Below, one piece after another: positions 1 through 14,200 of a DNA stretch of 64,000 bases. Numbering within the stretch: position 1 is the first letter of the stretch; each line of letters begins with the position of its first letter. The notes under the pieces are model-generated. The model did no database searches. It saw only the letters and a list, made by a program, of their open reading frames with translations, and was not told the origin of the DNA. The translations under genes were made by a program, and so were the position numbers. Source of the DNA: Nemertoderma westbladi (Eukaryota > Animalia > Xenacoelomorpha); the NCBI GenBank assembly GCA_032718475.1, contig JAUCBJ010000923.1, forward strand, positions 51,455 through 115,454, written 5' to 3'.

Positions 1-2386
1 TATAGCTGCACATAGCAATACATACCTGGATATAGCTGCACATAGCAATACATACCTGGATATAGCTGCACATAGCAATACATACCTGGATATAGCTGCA
101 CATAGCAATACATACCTGGATATAGCTGCACATAGCTATATATACCTGGATATAGCTGCACATAGCAATACAATACCTGGATATAGCTGCACATGGCAAT
201 ACATACCTGGATATAGCTGCACATAGCAATACATACCTGGATATAGCTGCACATAGCAATACATACCTGGATATAGCTGCACATAGCAATACATACCTGG
301 ATATAGCTGCACATAGCAATACATACCTGGATATAGCTGCACATAGCAATACATACCTGGATATAGCTGCACATAGCAATACATACCTGGATATAGCTGC
401 ACATAGCAATACATACCTGGATATAGCTGTACATAGAAATACATACCTGGATATAGCTGCACATAGCAATACATACCTGGATATAGCTGCACATAGCAAT
501 ACATACCTGGATATAGCTGCACATAGCAATACATACCTGGATATAGCTGTACATAGAAATACATACCTGGATATAGCTGCACATAGCAATACATATCTGG
601 ATATAGCTGCACATAGCAATACATACCTGGATATAGCTGCACATAGCAATACATACCTGGATATAGCTGCACATAGCAATACATACCTGGATATAGCTGC
701 ACATAGCAATACATACCTGGATATAGCTGCACATAGCAATACATACCTGGATATAGCTGCACATAGCAATACATACCTGGATATAGCTGTACATAGAAAT
801 ACATACCTGGATATAGCTGCACATAGCAATACATACCTGGATATAGCTGCACATAGCAATACATACCTGGATATAGCTGCACATAGCAATACATACCTGG
901 ATATAGCTGCACATAGCAATACATACCTGGATATAGCTGCACATAGCAATACATACCTGGATATAGCTGCACATAGCAATACATACCTGGATATAGCTGC
1001 ACATAGCAATACATACCTGGATATAGCTGCACATAGCAATACATACCTGGATATAGCTGCACATAGCAATACATACCTGGATATAGCTGCACATGGCAAT
1101 ACATACCTGGATATAGCTGCACATGGCAATACATACCTGGATATAGCTGCACATAGCAATACATACCTGGATATAGCTGCACATAGCAATACATACCTGG
1201 ATATAGCTGTACATAGAAATACATACCTGGATATAGCTGCACATAGCAATACATACCTGGATATAGCTGCACATAGCAATACATACCTGGATATAGCTGC
1301 ACATAGCAATACATACCTGGATATAGCTGCACATAGCAATACATACCTGGATATAGCTGTACATAGAAATACATACCTGGATATAGCTGCACATAGCAAT
1401 ACATACCTGGATATAGCTGCATATGGCAATACATACCTGGATATAGCTGCACATAGCAATACATACCTGGATATAGCTGCACAAGCAATACATACCTGGA
1501 TATAGCTGCACATGGCAATACATACCTGGATATAGCTGCATATGGCAATACATACCTGGATATAGCTGCACATAGCAATACATACCTGGATATAGCTGCA
1601 CATGGCAATACATACCTGGATATAGCTGCACATAGCAATACATACCTGGATATAGCTGCACATAGCAATACATACCTGGATATAGCTGCACATAGCAATA
1701 CATACCTGGATATAGCTGCACATAGCAATACATACCTGGATATAGCTGCACATAGCAATACATACCTGGATATAGCTGCACATAGCAATACATACCTGGA
1801 TATAGCTGTACATAGCAATACATACCTGGATATAGCTGTACATAGCAATACATACCTGGATATAGCTGCACATAGCAATACATACCTGGATATAGCTGTA
1901 CATAGAAATACATACCTGGATATAGCTGCACATAGCAATACATACCTGGATATAGCTGTACATAGCAATACATACCTGGATATAGCTGCACATAGCAATA
2001 CATACCTGGATATAGCTGCACATAGCAATACATACCTGGATATAGCTGCACATAGCAATACATACCTGGATATAGCTGTACATAGAAATACATACCTGGA
2101 TATAGCTGCACATAGCAATACATACCTGGATATAGCTGCACAAGCAATACATACCTGGATATAGCTGCACATGGCAATACATACCTGGATATAGCTGCAT
2201 ATGGCAATACATACCTGGATATAGCTGCACATAGCAATACATACCTGGATATAGCTGCACATGGCAATACATACCTGGATATAGCTGCACATAGCAATAC
2301 ATACCTGGATATAGCTGCACATAGCAATACATACCTGGATATAGCTGCACATAGCAATACATACCTGGATATAGCTGCACATAGCA
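1..2386. repeat. 30-bp tandem array (~79 copies, runs off the left edge); unit on minus strand GTATGTATTGCTATGTGCAGCTATATCCAG
   Basis: Direct periodicity of tatagctgcacatagcaatacatacctgga with few variants and single-base indels near 172, 1483 and 2142. The unit equals the last 22 nt of exon 2365-2542 plus the first 8 nt of the following intron. Confidence 0.98.
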
Positions 2387-2542
2387 TTGGCCCGGCATCA
2401 CCGCGGATCACCAATGGGGTTGACTTATCTCCGTTAATATAATCACCGACCTCGGATAACAGCCCTTCTGGTGCGTGGTCGCCCAGGAAACGAGAATACA
2501 AGGCAGAGTCGACGAGATCGCAATGAACAACCTCAGGAATTA
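2365..2542 (-). CDS. Coding exon of NWD1/NWD2-like gene (start of NACHT-like region): IPEVVHCDLVDSALYSRFLGDHAPEGLLSEVGDYINGDKSTPLVIRGDAGPMLCAAIS(R)
   Basis: Minus-strand acceptor tgtttcag| at 2543-2550 and donor CCAG|gtatgt at 2364; open frame. Phase joins exon 5686-5977 (T+TA=Leu). PLVIRGDAG resembles the strand leading into the NWD-family Walker A motif. Confidence 0.8.
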
Positions 2543-2599
2543 CTGAAACAATTTAAATAGGAATATTACGTAATAAAAACGTTTTATTTCGTACAGTGT

Positions 2600-5500
2600 A
2601 ATAAAGAGGTACTTTGTGTCCTACTTATTTTTATTTATTTATAGGCCATCTTTGTCTAAATATATAATATCTAGAATTAACCTTACGAATCCCCGATTGC
2701 AAGCTGTAAGAGTTGAATTGCCCAATGTTAACCCTTTTGTGATAATTAATAGTTATTTTCCAGTAGATACGCGGGACAATATTAATGTATCAGACGATTT
2801 ACTTACTCTTACCAATGATATCAAACATACTATTTTATCGGAGCAGCTTTGTAATGTTATACTTGCAGGGGATTTCAATGCTGATTTTTCGCGTGTATCT
2901 ATGCATGTTCGTGTAATTAGTCAATTTTTACAGGAATTTAAATTAGAACGTCTATGGGATTTTAATCCTATTGATTATACTTACACGTGCTACAGAGAAC
3001 AGGCATCTTTTCATTCCATTTTAGATCACTTTTTCAGTTCGAGTAAATTGGTAGAAAATGTTTCTGATTCTGGTGTAGTACATTCTGGTGCTAATTTATC
3101 TTTTCATGACCCAATATTTTTGAAGTTGAAAGTTAGTGGTGTAGATTTACCACGTGTTAATTATAGCTCAGGTGATGCTACTGGTAATGGTAAAATTAAA
3201 TTTAAGCGAGCTACTATTGAACAGCAACATGACTTTGTAAACAATCTACATAATAAATTGGATGACATTGAGGTTGAGTCAGGTTGTATAACATGTGGTA
3301 ATATTTTTTGTGCGGACCTTACTCATAGACTGTTTATTGAAAAATATGTTTTAGATATTCTTGAATGCATTGATATCAGCTGTAGTAGTTTAAATAATAA
3401 TTATAATGGTGAGCCCCGTGCTACTAATAATCGCCCTAAACTTCCCGGTTGGTCGGAGCGAGTTAAACCATTTAGAGATGAAGCTATCCTATGGCATTCC
3501 TTGTGGGTCTCGGCGGGGTGTCCAAATGCTTCACAAAATAGTCAGCTTTTTCACATGCGACGGGTGTCTCGCGCGCAGTATAAGTATGCCGTACGACGGC
3601 TCAAACGTTCAGTAGATAATGTGCGTCGAGATAAACTTCTACAGGCGTGTTTAAGGAGTAATAGTGATATATTTAAAGAAATAAAGAAACTGAGATCCAC
3701 ACCGAACACTGTGACTTCGACCATTGATGGTTGTACAGACCCACAATCGATAGCCGACCGATTCGCCAGTATATATTCGGATCTACATAATCAACCGTAT
3801 GATTCCGATTTAGAGTTCGTTAGATCGCAGATTACCGATAAACTCGAAGGATGTGATTCAACTGATTTCCCGCATATCACTCCGGATTTGGTCAGTGAAG
3901 GTCTACATAGGCTAAAAAGCTCTAAAACAGACGTAACTTTTGATTTTGATTCTGATTGCCTGATCAATGGTCCTCCAGAATTATGTTCACATTTAAGTGA
4001 TTTGTTCAACAGTTTTCTCATTCACGGCTTTGTTCCACAGTTCTTACTGACGTGTGTAATTATTCCTTTGATAAAAGATAAATTAGGTGACGATTCCCTT
4101 TCCAGTAATTACAGGGCTATTGCCTTATCCTCCCTTCTGATCAAGTTGTTTGTGTGGGTCATGCTGATCTCGCAGGCTGAGTGCTTACATTTGGATGAGT
4201 TGCAATTCGGGTTCCAAAGTGGTTCCAGTACATCCCAATGTACCTGGGCGGCTACAGAGGTTCTTGGTTTCTATTCTAGAAATGCAACTCCTGTATTTGG
4301 ATGTCTTCTCGATCTATAGAAAGCCTTCGATATGGTTGAATGGTGCAAGCTATTTCTGGAACTTATTAAGAAGGGGTTTTCTCCTTTTTTCTTACGAACC
4401 CTGCTATGGATCTATAGTAATCAAACATGTTGCGTCCGCTGGAACAGCTTCCATTCCGAGTCATTTACGTTAACGAACGGAGTTCGTCAAGGTTCAGTGG
4501 CATCTCCGATTCTGTTCTGTATTATATTGGATAAATTAATATCAAAACTGAGGTCATCTAAAGTTGGCTGTTATATTGGTTCTTTTTATTTTGGTATTTT
4601 CGGCTACGCAGATGATCTTCTCCTTTTATGCCCTTCCATAGTGGGACTACGGTTTATGGTCAAGTTATGCGAGGAGTTCGCAACCGAAAACCATCTCGTG
4701 TTTAGTACAAACCCGAATCCGGATAAATCCAAATCCAAATGCATTCCTTTTGGGAGAGTGTGGTTTAAACCCACAGCGCCAGTAATGCTGAACGGGAGAC
4801 CACTTCCTTGGGTCAGGGAGGCGTTGCATCTAGGAAACATGTTAGATTTCCAGAACACAATGGAGTCTGATATTATACGAAAACGGGGAAAATTTATAGG
4901 AAAGCTCAATGCACTTCGACAAGAATTCTATTTTTCTGATCCGTATGTTTTGAGTAATATTCAGCGTATTTATTGCACATCCTTCTACGGTAGTAATTCA
5001 TGGGATCTTTTTTCTGCATCGTGTACTCGTATATACAGTTCATGGAATATTAATATTAGGATTATTTTCAGATTGCCTTTTACATCACATAGATATATTG
5101 TAGAAAATTTAATGCAGTTTAAACACCCCAGTATTATGTTATATTCACGTTTTATAAGATTTTGTACCAGTTTAGTGCAGTCTGAAAAATCAAGCATCGT
5201 AATTTAGCAAAATTATTTTTATATGATTGTTGTTCGCGAAGTGGGTGCAATTTACGTTCTATCGCAAATCTGTGTAAAATACCTCTCATTAACTCGATCA
5301 ATGTTACGCACGTTAATAAGTTGAACTATGTTCCTTTTGATGTAGCTGATAGATGGAAATTAGAATTGTGTAGGGAATTAATTAATTGTCGTTGTAGCAA
5401 TATTGATATACCTGGTTTTAATGTTGATGAGATTACTGATATCCTTAATTATATTACTACATGTTAGTTAAATATTCTTTATATTATTGCCTATAATTAT

Positions 5501-5657
5501 TTGTTCGATGCCGTGTCATTTACTGCGTGTTCTGTCAGTTATTCATTACGTAGGCCTACGTCATTAATATTGTGCTACTTTACTAATAATATGTCTACGT
5601 ACCGTGTACTATGTCTATTGTTTATTCATATGTACGAATATCAATTAAATTAAATTA
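2600..5657 (+). mobile_element. Non-LTR retrotransposon (LINE) ORF2, APE endonuclease + reverse transcriptase, 5'-truncated, nearly intact (possibly RTE-X-like)
   Basis: ORFs 2616-4319 and 4332-5207 are in the same frame, split by one TAG (LDL*KAFD). Motifs GDFNAD, LDHF, SFHDPI, NYRAIAL, QFGF, GVRQG, YADD. A frameshift near 5195 continues to ...DILNYITTC* at ~5467; short AATTA-type tail at ~5643-5657. Confidence 0.93.
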
Positions 5658-5685
5658 TCTACTAGTCCACAGGAAATAAACTCAC

Positions 5686-5977
5686 AAGCGACCGGGGGTT
5701 CTTCGTGTTTCTCGATCCATTCGGCGACTCCTTTATCGATGAGCGCGGTGAGGGCCTTGGAGACATCGACTGCGACCGTATCGTTACGGTAGGCTACGAC
5801 GTTGCCCTTGGGGAACCTCGTGGCGGCTTGTTTGGCGAGGTCCCCAAGGTCCCCAGTGAGTCCGTCTGCGACGATGGCTACACACCCGCTCGAATCGAGT
5901 TCCCCATCGACGTCGAGGACAGTAGAGACCAGTTCGGAGGACAACCCAGGAGCGGCGATGCCCTCAACAATAACCGC
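5686..5977 (-). CDS. Coding exon of NWD1/NWD2-like gene: AVIVEGIAAPGLSSELVSTV...EWIEKHEEPPVA
   Basis: Acceptor tctccttacag| and donor |gtgagt; 292 bp, open, GC-rich island in AT-rich flanks. Phase 0 start matches exon 7620-7804 and phase 1 end matches exon 2365-2542. Confidence 0.82.
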
Positions 5978-6101
5978 CTGTAAGGAGACAAATACATCGG
6001 GTGGAATAACTGCTTACTTATGTGCAAGGCAGAACTAAGTTGCTAGCCAAACCAATGTAACATCTAACCCTTACAAACCACACTCAATTAATCACGAGGG
6101 A

Positions 6102-7318
6102 GCTAATACACCCACACGATATCGCTAATACACCCACACGATATCGCTAATACACCTACACGATATCGCTAATACACCTACACGATATCGCTAATACACC
6201 CACACGATATCGCTAATACACCTACACGATATCGCTAATACACCCACACGATATCGCTAATACACCTACACGATATCACTAATACACCCACACGATATCG
6301 CTAATACACCCACACGATATCGCTAATACACCTACAACGATATCGCTAATACACCTACACGATATCGCTAATACACCTACACGATATCGCTAATACACCC
6401 ACACGATATCGCTAATACACCTACAACGATATCGCTAATACACCTACACGATATCGCTAATACACCTACACGATATCACTAATACACCTACAACGATATC
6501 GCTAATACACCCACACGATATCGCTAATACACCTACACGATATCACTAATACACCTACACGATATCGCTAATACACCTACACGATATCGCTAATACACCC
6601 ACACGATATCGCTAATACACCCACACGATATCGCTAATACACCTACACGATATCACTAATACACCTACAACGATATCGCTAATACACCTACACGATATCG
6701 CTAATACACCTACACGATATCGCTAATACACCTACACGATATCGCTAATACACCTACACGATATCACTAATACACCTACACGATATCACTAATACACCCA
6801 CACGATATCGCTAATACACCTACAACGATATCACTAATACACCCACACGATATCGCTAATACACCTACACGATATCACTAATACACCTACACGATATCAC
6901 TAATACACCCACACGATATCGCTAATACACCTACAACGATATTACTAATACACCTACACGATATCGCTAATACACCTACACGATATCGCTAATACACCTA
7001 CACGATATCACTAATACACCTACACGATATCGCTAATACACCTACACGATATCACTAATACACCTACACGATATTGCTAATACACCTACACGATATCACT
7101 AATACACCTACACGATATTGTTAATACACCCACACGATATCGCTAATACACCTACACGATATCACTAATACACCCACACGATATCGCTAATACACCCACA
7201 CGATATCGCTAATACACCTACACGATATCACTAATACACCTACACGATATTGCTAATACACCTACACGATATCACTAATACACCTACACGATATTGTTAA
7301 TACACCCACACGATATTA
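6102..7318. repeat. 22-bp tandem array (ctaatacacctacacgatatcg, ~55 copies), intronic
   Basis: Direct periodicity with c/t and g/a variants and occasional 23-bp units. Confidence 0.97.
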
Positions 7319-7619
7319 CTTCCAATTCTGACATTAACCCCACTAATTTCACACATTTTCTGATTCATATATACAATTTTGAACGCCATCTAGGGGCCGA
7401 AGCGAAAAGTTTTGACGACATCCTTCCCATTTTATTCACCTTGAGTCAACTAGTAGTCTAAATTTTCTGAAAAATTTCATAGATCAACCATGCCAAGTTT
7501 ATTTGAAGAATCGAAGAATGCTGCGAGTTACAAAGAAATAAGAGCGATGGATCCCACACCTGTATGCTGCTATCCGTGAGTGTTGTAGCAGCTAGCAGGT
7601 TGGTTAGATTCACACTTAC

Positions 7620-7804
7620 TAGTAAGAAAGGGCCAGACGAGTTTCGCATACAGTGCCGTAGGTAGGATTCCCTGGTGTTTTGGTTAACGAGTTCGGGGGG
7701 CCAATAAGGGTCTCTGACAGTGAAAGAGAAACCGAGTTTACAACAGTATCGATGCAAAGAAGGGAACACGTCAGTATAGAGTTGGTCGCGTAATGGTTTA
7801 CTTC
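7620..7804 (-). CDS. Coding exon of NWD1/NWD2-like gene, DUF4062-type domain: (G)SKPLRDQLYTDVFPSLHRYCCKLGFSFTVRDPYW...HCMRNSSGPFLL
   Basis: Acceptor tattccag| and donor |gtaagt. The peptide matches the recalled NWD1/NWD2 N-terminal pattern (R..L...V[YF]P.L..[FY]C...G..F.V.D.YW ... C...S.GP.F). Confidence 0.85.
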
Positions 7805-8295
7805 CTGGAATATAATAAAAATAGTGTATTTTATTTATAAATAGATAATTATTACTCACTCATTCCTTCCATAGAATAACTATTTAATAAAAAAAATTTT
7901 GTGAACAGTATCACCTTTCAGTTATAATGTACCAATCGAGCGTAAAGAGTAGGGTTTGCGTAAATAAACGTAAATACACGTTGAATAATGCTAATTTTAT
8001 TAAAATACTTTATCGTATTAAATCGTGTTTTATAGACTGATGCTACACCAAAATAATATTTTTACATTACATAATATTTAAGAAACATAAACTAGGATTT
8101 AATATTTACCAATGATTGTCAATGTATCTGTTGTGGCCAAAGAGTTATATTAATATATAACTATGTTATATTCACGTTCTATTAATAGGTTTTTAATTGA
8201 GTTATTTATAGATTTTAATATAATAGAATATAAAATTTATTTTCGTCGTAAAATAAAATATAAATTTTCGTGAAATTTCATAATCTAATTCTTTA

Positions 8296-11200
8296 TAGAT
8301 CTAGATCGTCGGAGATGGAGCTGGGTTGCGTGGCCAAGACATCGCGGCACAATATAGATCGTCGGAGATGGAGCTGGGTTGCGTGGCCAAGACATCGCGG
8401 CACAATATAGATCATAGGAGATGGAGCTGGGTTGCGTGGCCAAGACATTGCGGCACAATATAGATCGTCGGCGATGGAGCTGGGTTGCGTGGCCAAGACA
8501 TCGCGGCACAATATAGATCATAGGAGATGGAGCTGGGTTGCGTGGCCAAGACATCGCGGCACAATATAGATCGTCGGAGATGGAGCTGGGTTGTGTGGCC
8601 AAGACATCGCGGCACAATATAGATCGTCGGAGATGGAGCTGGGTTGCGTGGCCAAGACATCGCGGCACAATATAGATCATATGAGATGGAGCTGGGTTGC
8701 GTGGCCAAGACATCGCGGCACAATATAGATCATAGGAGATGGAGCTGGGTTGCGTGGCCAAGACATTGCGGCACAATATAGATCGTCGGAGATGGAGCTG
8801 GGTTGCGTGGCCAAGACATCGCGGCACAATATAGATCATATGAGATGGAGCTGGGTTGCGTGGCCAAGACATCGCGGCACAATATAGATCATAGGAGATG
8901 GAGCTGGGTTGCGTGGCCAAGACATTGCGGCACAATATAGATCATAGGAGATGGAGCTGGGTTGCGTGGCCAAGACATCGCGGCACAATATAGATCATAG
9001 GAGATGGAGCTGGGTTGCGTGGCCAAGACATTGCGGCACAATATAGATCATAGGAGATGGAGCTGGGTTGCGTGGCCAAGACATTGCGGCACAATATAGA
9101 TCATAGGAGATGGAGCTGGGTTGCGTGGCCAAGACATCGCGGCACAATATAGATCATAGGAGATGGAGCTGGGTTGCGTGGCCAAGACATTGCGGCACAA
9201 TATAGATCGTCGGAGATGGAGCTGGGTTGCGTGGCCAAGACATCGCGGCACAATATAGATCATAGGAGATGGAGCTGGGTTGCGTGGCCAAGACATTGCG
9301 GCACAATATAGATCGTCGGCGATGGAGCTGGGTTGCGTGGCCAAGACATCGCGGCACAATATAGATCGTCGGAGATGGAGCTGGGTTGCGTGGCCAAGAC
9401 ATTGCGGCACAATATAGATCGTCGGCGATGGAGCTGGGTTGCGTGGCCAAGACATCGCGGCACAATATAGATCATAGGAGATGGAGCTGGGTTGCGTGGC
9501 CAAGACATCGCGGCACAATATAGATCGTCGGAGATGGAGCTGGGTTGTGTGGCCAAGACATCGCGGCACAATATAGATCGTCGGAGATGGAGCTGGGTTG
9601 CGTGGCCAAGACATCGCGGCACAATATAGATCATAGGAGATGGAGCTGGGTTGCGTGGCCAAGACATCGCGGCACAATATAGATCGTCGGAGATGGAGCT
9701 GGGTTGCGTGGCCAAGACATTGCGGCACAATATAGATCATAGGAGATGGAGCTGGGTTGCGTGGCCAAGACATTGCGGCACAATATAGATCGTCGGAGAT
9801 GGAGCTGGGTTGCGTGGCCAAGACATTGCGGCACAATATAGATCATAGGAGATGGAGCTGGGTTGCGTGGCCAAGACATTGCGGCACAATATAGATCATA
9901 GGAGATGGAGCTGGGTTGCGTGGCCAAGACATTGCGGCACAATATAGATCGTCGGAGATGGAGCTGGGTTGCGTGGCCAAGACATTGCGGCACAATATAG
10001 ATCATAGGAGATGGAGCTGGGTTGCGTGGCCAAGACATTGCGGCACAATATAGATCGTCGGAGATGGAGCTGGGTTGCGTGGCCAAGACATTGCGGCACA
10101 ATATAGATCATAGGAGATGGAGCTGGGTTGCGTGGCCAAGACATTGCGGCACAATATAGATCATAGGAGATGGAGCTGGGTTGCGTGGCCAAGACATTGC
10201 GGCACAATATAGATCATAGGAGATGGAGCTGGGTTGCGTGGCCAAGACATTGCGGCACAATATAGATCGTCGGAGATGGAGCTGGGTTGCGTGGCCAAGA
10301 CATTGCGGCACAATATAGATCATAGGAGATGGAGCTGGGTTGCGTGGCCAAGACATTGCGGCACAATATAGATCATAGGAGATGGAGCTGGGTTGCGTGG
10401 CCAAGACATTGCGGCACAATATAGATCGTCGGAGATGGAGCTGGGTTGCGTGGCCAAGACATTGCGGCACAATATAGATCGTCGGAGATGGAGCTGGGTT
10501 GCGTGGCCAAGACATTGCGGCACAATATAGATCATAGGAGATGGAGCTGGGTTGCGTGGCCAAGACATTGCGGCACAATATAGATCATAGGAGATGGAGC
10601 TGGGTTGCGTGGCCAAGACATTGCGGCACAATATAGATCGTCGGAGATGGAGCTGGGTTGCGTGGCCAAGATATCGCGGCACAATATAGATCATAGGAGA
10701 TGGAGCTGGGTTGCGTGGCCAAGACATCGCGGCACAATATAGATCGTCGGAGATGGAGCTGGGTTGCGTGGCCAAGACATCGCGGCACAATATAGATCAT
10801 ATGAGATGGAGCTGGGTTGCGTGGCCAAGACATTGCGGCACAATATAGATCGTCGGAGATGAAGCTGGGTTGCGTGGCCAAGACATTGCGGCACAATATA
10901 GATCACAGGAGATAGAGCTGGGTTGCGTGGCCAAGACATTGCGGCACAATATAGATCGTCGGAGATGGAGCTGGGTTGCGTGGCCAAGACATTGCGGCAC
11001 AATATAGATCGTCGGAGATGGAGCTGGGTTGCGTGGCCAAGACATTGCGGCACAATATAGATCGTCGGAGATGAAGCTGGGTTGCGTGGCCAAGACATTG
11101 CGGCACAATATAGATCATAGGAGATGGAGCTGGGTTGCGTGGCCAAGACATCGCGGCACAATGTAGATCATATGAGATGGAGCTGGGTTGCGTGGCCAAG

Positions 11201-14200
11201 ACATTGCGGCACAATATAGATCACAGGAGATAGAGCTGGGTTGCGTGGCCAAGACATTGCGGCACAATATAGATCATAGGAGATGGAGCTGGGTTGCGCG
11301 GCCAAGACATCGCGGCACAATATAGATCGTCGGAGATGGAGCTGGGTTGCGTGGCCAAGACATCGCGGCACAATATAGATCACAGGAGATAGAGCTGGGT
11401 TGCGTGGCCAAGACATTGCGGCACAATATAGATCATAGGAGATGGAGCTGGGTTGCGCGGCCAAGACATCGCGGCACAATATAGATCGTCGGAGATGGAG
11501 CTGGGTTGCGTGGCCAAGACATTGAGGCACAATATAGATCGTCGGAGATGAAGCTGGGTTGCGTGGCCAAGACATTGCGGCACAATATAGATCACAGGAG
11601 ATAGAGCTGGGTTGCGTGGCCAAGACATTGCGGCACAATATAGATCATAGGAGATGGAGCTGGGTTGCGCGGCCAAGACATCGCGGCACAATATAGATCG
11701 TCGGAGATGGAGCTGGGTTGCGTGGCCAAGACATTGCGTCACAATATAGATCATAGGAGATGGAGCTGGGTTGCGTGGCCAAGACATTGCGGCACAATAT
11801 AGATCATAGGAGATGGAGCTGGGTTGCGTGGCCAAGACATTGCGGCACAATATAGATCGTCGGAGATGGAGCTGGGTTGCGTGGCCAAGATATCGCGGCA
11901 CAATATAGATCATAGGAGATGGAGCTGGGTTGCGTGGCCAAGACATTGCGGCACAATATAGATCATAGGAGATGGAGCTGGGTTGCGTGGCCAAGACATC
12001 GCGGCACAATATAGATCGTCGGAGATGAAGCTGGGTTGCGTGGCCAAGACATTGCGGCACAATATAGATCATAGGAGATGGAGCTGGGTTGCGTGGCCAA
12101 GACATTGCGGCACAATATAGATCACAGGAGATAGAGCTGGGTTGCGTGGCCAAGACATTGCGGCACAATATAGATCATAGGAGATGGAGCTGGGTTGCGT
12201 GGCCAAGACATTGCGGCACAATATAGATCGTCGGAGATGGAGCTGGGTTGCGTGGCCAAGACATTGCGGCACAATATAGATCGTCGGAGATGGAGCTGGG
12301 TTGCGTGGCCAAGATATCGCGGCACAATATAGATCGTCGGAGATGGAGCTGGGTTGCGTGGCCAAGACATTGCGGCACAATATAGATCATAGGAGATGGA
12401 GCTGGGTTGCGTGGCCAAGACATTGCGGCACAATATAGATCATAGGAGATGGAGCTGGGTTGCGTGGCCAAGACATTGCGGCACAATATAGATCATAGGA
12501 GATGGAGCTGGGTTGCGTGGCCAAGATATCGCGGCACAATATAGATCGTCGGAGATGGAGCTGGGTTGCGTGGCCAAGACATTGCGGCACAATATAGATC
12601 GTCGGAGATGGAGCTGGGTTGCGTGGCCAAGACATCGCGGCACAATATAGATCATAGGAGATGGAGCTGGGTTGCGTGGCCAAGATATCGCGGCACAATA
12701 TAGATCGTCGGAGATGGAGCTGGGTTGCGTGGCCAAGACATTGCGGCACAATATAGATCATAGGAGATGGAGCTGGGTTGCGTGGCCAAGACATTGCGGC
12801 ACAATATAGATCGTCGGAGATGGAGCTGGGTTGCGTGGCCAAGATATCGCGGCACAATATAGATCGTCGGAGATGGAGCTGGGTTGCGTGGCCAAGACAT
12901 TGCGGCACAATATAGATCATAGGAGATGGAGCTGGGTTGCGTGGCCAAGACATTGCGGCACAATATAGATCATAGGAGATGGAGCTGGGTTGCGTGGCCA
13001 AGACATTGCGGCACAATATAGATCATAGGAGATGGAGCTGGGTTGCGTGGCCAAGATATCGCGGCACAATATAGATCGTCGGAGATGGAGCTGGGTTGCG
13101 TGGCCAAGACATTGCGGCACAATATAGATCGTCGGAGATGGAGCTGGGTTGCGTGGCCAAGACATTGCGGCACAATATAGATCACAGGAGATGGAGCTGG
13201 GTTGCGTGGCCAAGACATTGCGGCACAATATAGATCATAGGAGATGGAGCTGGGTTGCGTGGCCAAGACATTGCGGCACAATATAGATCGTCGGAGATGG
13301 AGCTGGGTTGCGTGGCCAAGACATTGCGGCACAATATAGATCATAGGAGATGGAGCTGGGTTGCGTGGCCAAGACATTGCGGCACAATATAGATCATAGG
13401 AGATGGAGCTGGGTTGCGTGGCCAAGACATTGCGGCACAATATAGATCGTCGGAGATGGAGCTGGGTTGCGTGGCCAAGACATCGCGGCACAATATAGAT
13501 CATCGGAGATGGAGCTGGGTTGCGTGGCCAAGACATCGCGGCACAATATAGATCATAGGAGATGGAGCTGGGTTGCGTGGCCAAGACATCGCGGCACAAT
13601 ATAGATCATAGGAGATGGAGCTGGGTTGCGTGGCCAAGACGTTGCGGCACAATATAGATCGTCGGAGATGGAGCTGGGTTGCGTGGCCAAGACATCGCGG
13701 CACAATATAGATCATAGGAGATGGAGCTGGGTTGCGTGGCCAAGACATTGCGGCACAATATAGATCGTCGGAGATGGAGCTGGGTTGCGTGGCCAAGACA
13801 TCGCGGCACAATATAGATCATAGGAGATGGAGCAGGGTTGCGTGGCCAAGATATCGCGGCACAATATAGATCGTCGGAGATGGAGCTGGGTTGCGTGGCC
13901 AAGACATTGCGGCACAATATAGATCATAGGAGATGGAGCTGGGTTGCGTGGCCAAGACATTGCGGCACAATATAGATCATAGGAGATGGAGCTGGGTTGC
14001 GTGGCCAAGACATTGCGGCACAATATAGATCGTCGGAGATGGAGCTGGGTTGCGTGGCCAAGACATTGCGGCACAATATAGATCATAGGAGATGGAGCTG
14101 GGTTGCGTGGCCAAGACATTGCGGCACAATATAGATCACAGGAGATGGAGCTGGGTTGCGTGGCCAAGACATTGCGGCACAATATAGATCATAGGAGATG

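Noticed and set aside
136-2382. 748-aa minus-strand ORF
   Set aside because: It is a translation of the 30-bp array passing through all three frames via indels, not a gene by itself.
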